Shown one piece after another: positions 17,342 through 25,601 of a DNA stretch of 32,000 bases. How positions within the stretch are numbered: the first letter of the stretch is position 1; each line of letters starts with the position of its first letter. The stretch is from NCBI GenBank assembly GCA_965231145.1, contig OZ246420.1, forward strand, positions 690,001 to 722,000, given 5' to 3'. The notes under the pieces are model-generated. The model was not told the DNA's origin. It saw only the letters and a list, made by a program, of their open reading frames with translations, and did no database searches. The position numbers were made by a program, and so were the translations under genes. Source of the DNA: Candidatus Saccharimonadota bacterium. GTDB lineage: Bacteria > Patescibacteriota > Gracilibacteria > Absconditabacterales > Absconditicoccaceae.

Positions 17342-17914
17342 TTATTGAGACAATGGTTTGAACTTATGGTGTTCTCCTATGGCTTCATAAAATCGCTCCA
17401 GAAGCACATAATATGGCCTCAGTTCATTTGATACTTTGTTTTTGTCATCTGCACGAATTTGCTGCACAAGCTCGCCTGCGGTCATAAGTAATGCATGCGC
17501 TTTAGTGCCGGATGTAACCAGGCAAAACTCTGGTACATGAAACACATTTTCACCTTTGTGAGGATTAACAACATGCAGTGAGATGTCTCCATCATTTGCT
17601 ACCATGATATGAAGAACTACGCCTTCTTTACCGGTAATAGACCAGTGGTTATCACCCTCTTTCTTAAAGGCAACCGACAAGCCATGAAGCTTTGCATCTA
17701 ACATCCAGGGGGAACTACGCATCAACTCTTGTTCATCCTGATTGTAATGTGCTAATACAAATGAAAACTCCATTTCTGTTCTGGTTATCTGAAGGGCAGT
17801 TTCTGTACCATCATCAGACTCTATTTCTCTTGTATAGTGGTCCTTTTGGCGAGGACAAAGACCAATAGTACCAAAGCCAATTTTTTCGTATATACTGTTG
17901 CTTCCCATAGTCAT
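17342..17914 (-). CDS. Hypothetical protein (190 aa)
   Basis: Uninterrupted ORF, stop TAA 17342-17344. The start is chosen at ATG 17912-17914 because a consensus promoter lies inside the longer track ORF. Confidence 0.6.
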   Translation of the reverse strand: MTMGSNSIYEKIGFGTIGLCPRQKDHYTREIESDDGTETALQITRTEMEFSFVLAHYNQDEQELMRSSPWMLDAKLHGLSVAFKKEGDNHWSITGKEGVVLHIMVANDGDISLHVVNPHKGENVFHVPEFCLVTSGTKAHALLMTAGELVQQIRADDKNKVSNELRPYYVLLERFYEAIGEHHKFKPLSQ

Positions 17915-17950
17915 ATATATTTTGCGTGAGTGTTTTTTGTTAACGCAAAA

Positions 17951-17978
17951 ATTATAGACTTTATACATATTAAGTCAA
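17951..17978 (-). promoter_or_regulatory. Consensus promoter for 17342..17914
   Basis: Minus-sense TTGACT (17973-17978), 16 nt spacer, TATAAT (17951-17956). Confidence 0.6.
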
Positions 17979-17980
17979 CT

Positions 17981-18889
17981 TTATTCGTCTTTCAGAAAGT
18001 CTTTGAATTTTTCTCTCAGCTTAGCCAGTTTTGGATTAATGACGAGCTGACAGTATGGCTTCGTTTGGTTCTGGTTATAGAAATTTTGATGGTATCACTC
18101 TGCAGGCCAAAATGTACTCGCCTGACGTAGTTCAGTTACTATAGGCTTATCGTATACGCCTTCCGCTTGTAATTTTTGTATCATCTCTTCCGCCATTTTC
18201 TTCTGCTCGTCATTTGCATAGAAAATTATCGAGCGATATTGCTCACCCGCATCTCATCACTGCTTGTCCAAAGATGTTGGATCGTGAGTTGCAAAAAAGA
18301 CTGCAAGTAATATCTCATAGTTAATTGTAGAAGAGTCATAGATTACTCTTACTATCTCAATATGTCATGACACACCTGTTGATACTTGTTCATAGCTTGG
18401 ATGCGGACGCTTTCCACCCATATAACCAGACTGCACTTCGATCACTCATCTCAGTCTTTGCATGATAGCTTCTACACACCAGAAACATCCTCCTCCAAAG
18501 TACGCTACATCATATATGTTTTCATCTATTACTTCTGCAACAAATTTCATGGAAAGAGAGTTTACACAGTGACGAGTATTTTTCTCGGTCATCTGTTCAC
18601 CTACAAATACATGCCCCAAATGGGCACCACATGTTGCACATGTGATCTCTGTACGCATGCCATCTGCATCGAGTGTTTGTAATACTCTCCCCGGAATCGC
18701 ATCGTCAAACGATGGCCATCCACAGTGACTATCAAACTTATCGGTACTGCGATAGAGCGGGGTGTTACAACGACGACACAAATACGTTCCTGTTTGCTTA
18801 TTATCCACATATTGGCCGCTATATGGCATCTCAGTTCCCTTGTCTTCGATAATATGCTTTTCTTCGTCTGTCAGCTTATTTCGAACCAT
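17981..18889 (-). CDS. msrAB: Bifunctional peptide-methionine sulfoxide reductase MsrB-MsrA
   Basis: N-terminal MsrB ('[22 protein letters not shown]', '[12 protein letters not shown]', 'RHCVNS'), then MsrA ('[10 protein letters not shown]', 'GYMGG', 'VS-G-HIEIV', '[12 protein letters not shown]', 'AE-G-YHQNFY'). Five in-frame TGA. Stop TAA 17981-17983. Start at MVRNKL (18887-18889), not the track start 19030, which lies inside the repeat element. Confidence 0.93.
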
Positions 18890-19009
18890 AGTAATAAGGC
18901 TAAAGATAAAGGAATATAGATTTTTATAGTTATATATTGGAATATTGCAATTATTGATTACTCCTTTTCTAAATAGATCTATTTTAAAATTTAATTCAAA
19001 AGGGCTTTT

Positions 19010-19230
19010 CTCCTGCCGGAGGGGCGTCACTTTTTAGCATATCCCTAAAAAGTAACCAAAAAGGTCTAGCCGATTTTAGTGCATACGGACTGACTTGTTA
19101 TTCATATATTAACTACGAAAGAATCTCACCATCGCGCACTTTCACAGCGACTCCGGTTCGATCCTTTTCGATTGATTATTCACGCACTTTCAGTTAGAGG
19201 AGGCGCGGAAAAATCGGCGAGTTATAATAA
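19010..19230 (-). repeat. Structured intergenic repeat element, copy B (inverted relative to copy A)
   Basis: The reverse complement aligns block-wise with 4940-5108. The core 19010-19069 differs from 5048-5108 by one indel and one substitution. About 45 nt longer than copy A, with extra material including GCCGATTTT / AAAATCGGC complementary arms. Confidence 0.8.
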
Positions 19231-19233
19231 ATT

Positions 19234-19258
19234 TAAAAAAACTCAGCTTCTTGCTGAG
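19234..19258 (-). terminator. Terminator of the 19342..21249 gene
   Basis: Minus-sense CTCAGC-aagaa-GCTGAG followed by TTTTTTT. Confidence 0.7.
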
Positions 19259-19341
19259 TTTCTATTTATCTATAAGATTTACTTCTGTGCTATGTTCAAG
19301 AGTTGGAAGAGAACATCAATGTTACGATTTTGTAGCTTTGC

Positions 19342-21249
19342 TCATGAAGCTATCATACCAGGCTTGTATCTATTGATAATAGTGACAAGCTGATCTGATG
19401 TAAGTAATGTTGATGCATTAAAGCTTGAGATAAGAGATTTCCCGTTTGCTGTGAGTCCCATAAGACCAAGATCACAGGCCTGTGTGATCACAGTCTGCAT
19501 ACTTGGTGTGAAAGTACTGTAGTCAGAGTATTTTGTTATGTCGCATAGAGCGTTATGGACGATAGTTTGTTTCTTCACATTTTTTGCAAACTGGACGAAC
19601 ATCTGAGCAGCACCATATCTTGAAACTGGCGCATACATTTGTGTTGCTGAGAGTTTTATAGGAGTAATACCATATCTATATGCCCATCCGATAAGTGTAT
19701 TTACAACGCTTATTGACGTCGTACCTGTTCCAAATGGCATAGGAGAAAGAACTGTCGATGTCGGACTCTTGATGATAATACCACTCGTAAGCACAGGAGT
19801 TATAACTCTTCCGGTGAAAATAGGATTTATAACCCTACCTGTAAGGACAGGAGTTATAACTCTTCCTGTAAGAACAGGATTGATGATTACTCATGTATTT
19901 ATTCTTCCGGTAAGCACAGGATTTATAATGACACCTGTATTTATTCTTCACGTAAAGATAGGATTGATAACTACTCCTGTATTCACTCTTCCGGTAAATA
20001 TTGGATTGATGATTGGTTTTCCTGTTGCGTAGATACTTGCATTACATCTTGTCATGAGATTTGGTACAAGTGGATTGATATACGTAATACTTATACCATA
20101 CACACCAGGCGTCATATATGTATGCCCACTGGTGAAGGTTGGCGGAACTCCACTTCAAAGCCATGGCCCGAAAGCGATTGGACCTTCTCCCCAATAAATG
20201 CTACCAATAACTCCTCCGAATCCTGTCAGGGTAATCGTTACAGGAAGTGGAGCCATGCCTGATGTCGGAGCAACAGAAAGATTACATGTTGGGATAGTAT
20301 ACTGACATGTAAGACTACATCCTGAACCTGGAAGACCATTGCTTGCTCCAAGATCACATTGTTCTGGTGCTTCCACAATTCCATTTCCACAGATTGGTCT
20401 TGGAGTACTTTTGCCCATAACGACTACTGTTGCTGAACACATGCTTGTGTAGTTCGGAGAGTATGGATTAACCGCACTTGCTGTTATCGTGTATGTCCCG
20501 CTTGTCATATATGTATGCGGTGTTGAAAACCATACACCTGTCACCGCAGTTCCTATCCATGGTCCAAATGTTGATGTACTATCTCCTCGTGAAACAGAAT
20601 TTATCTGTCCTACAGATCCTGTTACTGTTGCAATAACGTTGAGCGGAGCTGTTCCTGTTGTCGGAACAACAGTGATAGCACATTTTGGCATAACGAGTGT
20701 ACATGTTGCACTACATCCCGATGCTGGAAGGCCATTGTTTGCTCCTGCATCACACTGCTCTGGTGCTTCTACGATTCCATTTCCACAGATCGGTTGTACT
20801 CTTCCTGTATTGATCGGAGCTTTCGTACCTACGGCTACATTGTTGCTTGAGCAGAATGCGCTTGCATTACGGTCTATCCATGTAAACATCGGATCTGTAG
20901 CATATACTACGTTATTGGTAATAGTATATACTCCTGTAGTCGTATATGTGTGGTTTGCATACCAACGAACATGTGTTGGGTTTACCCATATCGATCCTGT
21001 GATTGGTCATGAGAAAAAACCATCTCCCCAGTTGATACTACTATATGCTTCGACATATCCACTTGAGATAGATCTGTATACTGTACCACTGAGTGTCACC
21101 GTATGAGGCACTGATCCTGCAGGCGGCGTTACCGAGATGTCACATATATCCCATGGGCCACTTGCAGCAAAAGTGCTTGAACCCACCGCAGCGACTAGAA
21201 GCGCGATTCACCGCATGTAAATCTTTTTTAGTTGTCTTCACATTTTCAT
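19342..21249 (-). CDS. Secreted surface protein: signal peptide, 3 PKD-like modules, 2 Cys-rich CGNG..E.CD repeats, 11-aa tandem repeat linker, SLH-like C-terminus
   Basis: Track ORFs 20155..20889 and 19342..19794 are in one frame with an open stretch between them. It extends upstream over TGA to ATG 21247-21249 ('MKMGRQLKKIYM.GIALLVAAVGSSTFA'). 'ICGNGIVEAPEQCD(A/L)GA(N/S)NGLP.SGCS.TC' occurs twice. 'P.(T/S)G.APL.V' PKD-like. 635 aa. Confidence 0.8.
19780..20019 (-). repeat. In-frame 33-nt (11-aa) tandem repeat, about 6-7 units
   Basis: 'PIINPIFTGRVNTGVVINPIFT-G-RINTGVIINPVLTGRINT-G-VIINPVLTGRVITPVLTGRVINPIFTGRVITPVLTSG'. The hyphenated G are TGA (19948-19950, 19891-19893); the same column is GGA/GGT in sister units. 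Confidence 0.9.
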
Positions 21250-21341
21250 ATATGGAGAGAGAAATTAAAAATACCTCCTCTATATAATGATTAAGCAAGA
21301 CAATGACAAGAACTAATTAACACCGTAAAACTAAAACCTCA

Positions 21342-21370
21342 AACCTAAAAGTAGATTTACGTTTTAGGTT
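21342..21370 (-). terminator. Terminator-like hairpin after apbE
   Basis: 9-bp stem AACCTAAAA / TTTTAGGTT with an 11-nt loop, followed on the minus strand by a T-rich tract. Confidence 0.5.
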
Positions 21371-21384
21371 TTAAGATTTCAGTT

Positions 21385-22248
21385 CTACGAGAATAGTTTT
21401 CCCAAATACCCATCTTTCTGCCAGAAACTTCCGTCTGCAAAGACTATCACGCCGGTGATATCTTTTTCGACTGTAAGCAGCTGTTTTCCTTTTTCCGGTC
21501 ATGAGACAAATACAGCAGTGCTATAAGCGTCAGCGAGTAATCATGTGGGAGCTGCGATGTAGACGCCGGCGATGGAAACGATAGGTTCGCCGGTGTGTGC
21601 ATCAAGCAGATGATGAAACTCCCCCACTCTTCTCTTTGCGCCATTGCTTGATGCGACTGAAAATCCATCCACGTGTATGGTTCAAATAAGCCGAGAAAGA
21701 TCGAAAGGATTTTCGAGCCCGACATCATATCAACCATGAGCGATGATATCGCCTCCGAAATCCAAAAGAAAATGAGAAAATCCTGCAGTGAGGAGCCTGT
21801 GGGAAAGTTTGTCCAATAGATATCACTTTCCGACTGAGCCAAATTCGATTTTTACACCGTGGTGTAAGATCACGGAGTGATCGGAAATTTCAACGTGCTG
21901 ATATCCCATGGATCATCACGCTTTACGTTGAAATGAATAGGTATGATCGTATCAGTATGATTCCAGTGTTGAGATAATAGTAGGATCAAATGCTCCTCAT
22001 GTTTTATGAGCAAGATCCAGTGAAAATATGAGAAGTTCATATGCTTCGTCATCAAGCGGGATAGGTTGTTCTTGTGTTTTATTGATTGTATCAAGCCGAT
22101 TTCCAGGAATAAATCTGGAGTAACGCTCTTCAAACTTTTTGCATATCGAAAAACAATCCTGCACAAGCTGCGTAGGATCGTTTTCAGAAAGAATATCTAT
22201 CGTCAACACCGAGCCGCATGACTCCTGACGAAACACGTACTGTTGCAT
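21385..22248 (-). CDS. apbE: FAD:protein FMN transferase (ApbE family)
   Basis: '..SRFIPGN.LDTIN..', 'T-G-GAFDPTI', 'ESY-G-YD', 'GSVGK-G-YLLDK', 'LDFGGDIIAHG', 'HHLLDAHTGEP', 'LADAYSTAVFV'. About 10 in-frame TGA. Stop TAG 21385-21387. 287 aa. Confidence 0.9.
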
Positions 22249-22252
22249 AAAA

Positions 22253-22792
22253 CTATTTTTCTAATGCATGAAGAGCTTTATCAAAAGCTTGCGCTGTAAG
22301 GCTTGAACCATTTACGTATGTAACTTTTACATCAGCAATATTTTTTCCAACGATCTGTCCTGCGATTCCGCTGATGAACATATCCTGATACATCTTGCTT
22401 TTTACTGCATGCGCTACATTTTTTGCTTCAACTGCAGTGATCACATCGTTCTCGATAGTGACTGTTGCATCGAGAGGTTCTGGACCTGCAGGACTGTCAT
22501 ATGTGCTAGTAAGGTGAAATATACCATTGAGCGATGTTTCTGCAGATGAGTCATTCGAATGAGAGACAGAATGATCCATATCTGTCATAGCATCGTGGTT
22601 CATGCCAGTTGCAGGAGTCTGTTCAGCATTAGTTTCTACTGACGTAAAACCCGTTAATGATGTCTCATTTTTTAATTCTGCTCTCTGCTCTTTGCTCTCT
22701 GAATTATTAGCAGGAATAATAGAGCATCATTGTAGAGTAAGTGTTAGTATAACAAAAAATCCAAAGATCGCTTTTTGATGTTGAAGAGCCAT
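22253..22792 (-). CDS. FMN-binding-domain lipoprotein (likely ApbE substrate)
   Basis: Start ATG 22790-22792. Lipobox 'LTLQ-G-CS' with G = TGA. C-terminal 'VKVTYVNGSSLTAQAFDKALHAL' matches the flavinylation context D..(S/T)GA(T/S).T. Stops 4 nt before the apbE start. Confidence 0.7.
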
Positions 22793-22910
22793 ACAAAAAA
22801 ACAAAAATATAAAATACTATATTCTTATAATTATTTTTAACTCGTTATACATAGCAATTTCAGGTTAAGAGAAACTTAAGTATAATAGAGCTTGATATAA
22901 GACCTTATTT

Positions 22911-23321
22911 ATGACATACTACAGAAAACACTTTAATCTCTCGTTCATTACAATGAAAGCATTAGGCAAGGATGACACGCATAGGATATTTAAAACCTCT
23001 TTTGCAAGTGTCTACTCACTCTATATCCAGAAAGCAGAGAAAAAAGGACGCACGAAAGAAGAGGTCGATACGATTATTTTCTGGTTAACAGGTTATAGTA
23101 AGAAAAACCTGCAGCAACAAATTAATAAGAAAGTAGATTTTGAAACGTTTTTCGCGGAAGCGCCTGAACTCCATCCCAATGTGTCAAAAATCACCGGTCT
23201 TATTTGTGGCTACCGTGTTGAGGAAATTGAAAACAAGCTTATGCAAAAGCTTCGTTATCTGGATAAGTTGATTGATGAGTTAGCAAAAGGAAAAGCTATG
23301 GAAAAGATTTTGAGAAAGTAA
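22911..23321 (+). CDS. DUF2200-family protein
   Basis: '[40 protein letters not shown]...[10 protein letters not shown]...[22 protein letters not shown]' matches my recollection of DUF2200. The true start may be the internal Met at 22953. Confidence 0.6.
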   Translation: MTYYRKHFNLSFITMKALGKDDTHRIFKTSFASVYSLYIQKAEKKGRTKEEVDTIIFWLTGYSKKNLQQQINKKVDFETFFAEAPELHPNVSKITGLICGYRVEEIENKLMQKLRYLDKLIDELAKGKAMEKILRK

Positions 23322-23376
23322 TCATATCATTATAATACATTTATCTTTTCACTTCTCTTCAAAATGATTAAGCACA

Positions 23377-23491
23377 TTATGATGACTATGGACCATCGAT
23401 GTACTCCCAGGATTTCGAAGATCTTGATGGGCACAGCTGGCAGATTACGTATATGGATATGAGTGCAGATGGTATGAGCCAAGGTGCATAA
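23377..23491 (+). pseudogene. C-terminal remnant of a glyoxalase/VOC-type gene
   Basis: A short open frame 'AHYDDYGPSMYSQDFEDLDGHSWQITYMDMSADGMSQGA*' holds only the terminal beta-strands ('F.D.DGH.W.') of a VOC fold. There is no N-terminal part, and a stop lies immediately upstream. Confidence 0.45.
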
Positions 23492-23573
23492 TTACATCGC
23501 CTCCTGGTAAAGCATCTAATACTTTATAAGAAATTATATTGATTTCTGAGATTTTCAGAGTAAAAGTAGACAT

Positions 23574-23963
23574 ATGAAAATTATGAGAAAACGAGCTATA
23601 TTTCTAGTACTGCTAAGTTATGCTTTCTGAGCATCAACATTTTCTCATATGTTGACTATGAACCATCCAGCGATGGATATGACAAGAGATCATAGTAGTC
23701 ATGAAACGTTGGATACGGATAGCGCTCATAAAAAATGTGTGAAAACATGTGAAAATATAGAGAAAATGAAAATGTCTTCATTGGTAAGTGCTATCATCAT
23801 AAAAACTATTACTTTCAGTTATATTAGCTTTCCCCTTCCTGCACTTGAAACAATACACTCTACTCCGCTAGCATATTATTATATGAGTAGTTGACCACCG
23901 TGAGAATTTACATTTTCCCCACTTCATCTCGCACACATCGCATCCACCGTTCTGACAATATAA
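23574..23963 (+). CDS. Small secreted His/Met-rich protein (possible metal-binding)
   Basis: 'MKIMRK.AIFLVLLSYAF-G-ASTFSHMLTMNHPAMDMTRDHSSHETLDTDSAHKKCVKTCE...'. Extended over three TGA to TAA 23961-23963. Confidence 0.5.
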
Positions 23964-24019
23964 GATATTTTTTCTTCGCTTGCATGAAAATATCTTTTTA
24001 TATTCTTTTTTTGATGTAG

Positions 24020-24592
24020 ATGAAAAAATTACTTACTATAGGATCACTTATAGCAGCAGGCACACTAATCAGTGGATGTACCTTACAGAATACCAATAAT
24101 AATCACGTTATGATGAGTGGGCACTCTATGAACCACGACATGGATAATAACATGATGATGCACGACATTGAAAATGAAGAAGAATTTATCATCAATATGA
24201 TACCCCATCATCAAGAAGCTGTTGATACTGCACAGATCGTCGTAGCACAATCTACCAATAGCGATCTTAAGAAACTTGCTCAAAATATTATCGATGCTCA
24301 AACCAGAGAGATCACTATGATGAATGGTTGGTTACAACAGCGGTATCCAAATAGCACTATCAAAAGCAACTATCAAAATATGATGCCCGAGCTTACAACT
24401 CTGACAGGAGACGCTTTAGATACCGCCTTCTTACAGTGAATGATAATACATCATATGTGAGCAATTCATATGGCGCAAAGCGTATTAAAAGCGGAGCATA
24501 GAACTGAAACCATGACTCTTGCCAATAATATTATCAGCACACAACAGCAAGAAATTGTGATGATGAAAAACATGTTACAAAATATCAAATAA
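24020..24592 (+). CDS. DUF305-family lipoprotein (copper-stress associated family)
   Basis: Lipobox 'LISGC'. Met/His-rich linker. Two DUF305 half-repeats: 'FIINMIPHHQEAVDTAQ...LAQNIIDAQTREITMMNGWL' and 'FLQ-G-MIIHHM-G-AIHMAQ...LANNIISTQQQEIVMMKNML'. Stop TAA 24590-24592. Confidence 0.8.
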
Positions 24593-24606
24593 CACTTAAC
24601 TAAAAG

Positions 24607-24635
24607 GCTTGTACATATATATGTACGAGCTTTTT
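24607..24635 (+). terminator. Rho-independent terminator after DUF305 gene
   Basis: 10-bp stem GCTTGTACAT / ATGTACGAGC followed by TTTTT. Confidence 0.75.
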
Positions 24636-24743
24636 AAATACAAAAAAACAGCTAGAATTAGCCGTTTTATATGTCAAATGTTTGCTTATATAAACCCTTT
24701 TAGATGTAGCGAGACTACTTTATAATGCTCTTTAGCTTAATAC

Positions 24744-25484
24744 CTAGAATCGAATCGAAATAACTCCATCAGATACGAACTTCAAACTAAGGATAATAAT
24801 TCCTATAAGAATAACTTTTCTAAATATTTGTTCAGAGATGCTCTTCACAATCTTCCTCCCGATATATGAACCTATCAGCGCTATGAGAAGCAATAAAGGT
24901 ATAAGGAAATAATATTGTCTCTCTAAAAATCATTGTCAGAAATAGAGAGGTATTCTTGTGGCATCGACTATCAGAGCAACTAGAGCAATAGTAGCAATAT
25001 ATTGCTCTTTCGGCAAAGCAAATGCTGTCATAAATGCGCCTCTTAACACTCATCATGTACCAATGAGTCAGGCAGTAAACCCTGACAGTCATCATCCTAC
25101 GATACCCGCCATGGGACTATTTGGCAGTGTAAACTTCGGTTTTCGTAATACATATGAAGCAAATAGTGTCAGAATAATACCCAGCACTATTTTTAGTATA
25201 TTTTGATCGATGTAAGACACTAGTAAAGACCCAATGACTGTTAAAACAACACTTGGGATTCCAAAGAGTAACGCTACTCTCTTATTAACATGATTACGGA
25301 AGAAGTAGAGTCTCGAAGCATTTCCAAAGATATGATAAATTGCTACCAGCAGCAATGCTGTCTGGAAGTCTAAAACAAGCAATGCCAGCGGCAGGAAAAT
25401 ACTTGATGATCAGAATCAAGCTATAGTTCAAAGCACCTCTGAAATAAGTGCTACGATTAACAGAAAGAATATAGTTTGCATCAT
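24744..25484 (-). CDS. TauE/SafE-family anion exporter (membrane protein)
   Basis: 246 aa, reconstructed over about 12 TGA. 'EVL-G-TIA-G-F-G-SSSIFLPL' and 'GIVG-GG-LSGFTA-G-LIGT-GG-VLRGAF' are the duplicated TauE glycine motifs. Multi-TM. Stop TAG 24744-24746. Confidence 0.85.
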
Positions 25485-25562
25485 TGATATATCGGGTAAA
25501 AATATTTAATATAGTTAATTTTTACACTTAGGGCAACAATCTCAATAAATATTATACTATAG

Positions 25563-25592
25563 AAAAGCTCCTCTCTCTATGAAGGAGCTTTT
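25563..25592 (-). terminator. Terminator after delta-60 repeat protein gene
   Basis: 10-bp stem AAAAGCTCCT / AGGAGCTTTT. Confidence 0.6.
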
Positions 25593-25601
25593 TCTCATTT
25601 T

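Noticed and set aside
18890-19030. The N-terminal 47-aa extension of the msrBA ORF in the track.
   Set aside because: It starts inside the repeat element at a GTG and has no homology logic. A TTGCAA-16-TATAAA promoter-like pair lies within it. MsrB begins naturally at MVRNKL.
19150-19175. The GGTTCGATCC T-loop-like motif in repeat copy B might mark a tRNA or tmRNA.
   Set aside because: There is no complementary T stem or acceptor stem, no tag ORF or 5' GGGG..., and the segment is missing from copy A.
4940-19230. The inverted repeat copies A and B might bound a 14-kb composite transposon or invertible segment.
   Set aside because: The interior is housekeeping (greA, fmt, tRNAs, msrAB) with no transposase, recombinase or target duplication. 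Each copy sits in an ordinary terminator-proximal intergenic spacer.
19780-20019. Possible CRISPR array (regular ~33-nt periodicity); likewise 26203-26258.
   Set aside because: The units are contiguous with no spacers and stay in frame inside long ORFs, encoding sensible peptide repeats. There are no cas genes.
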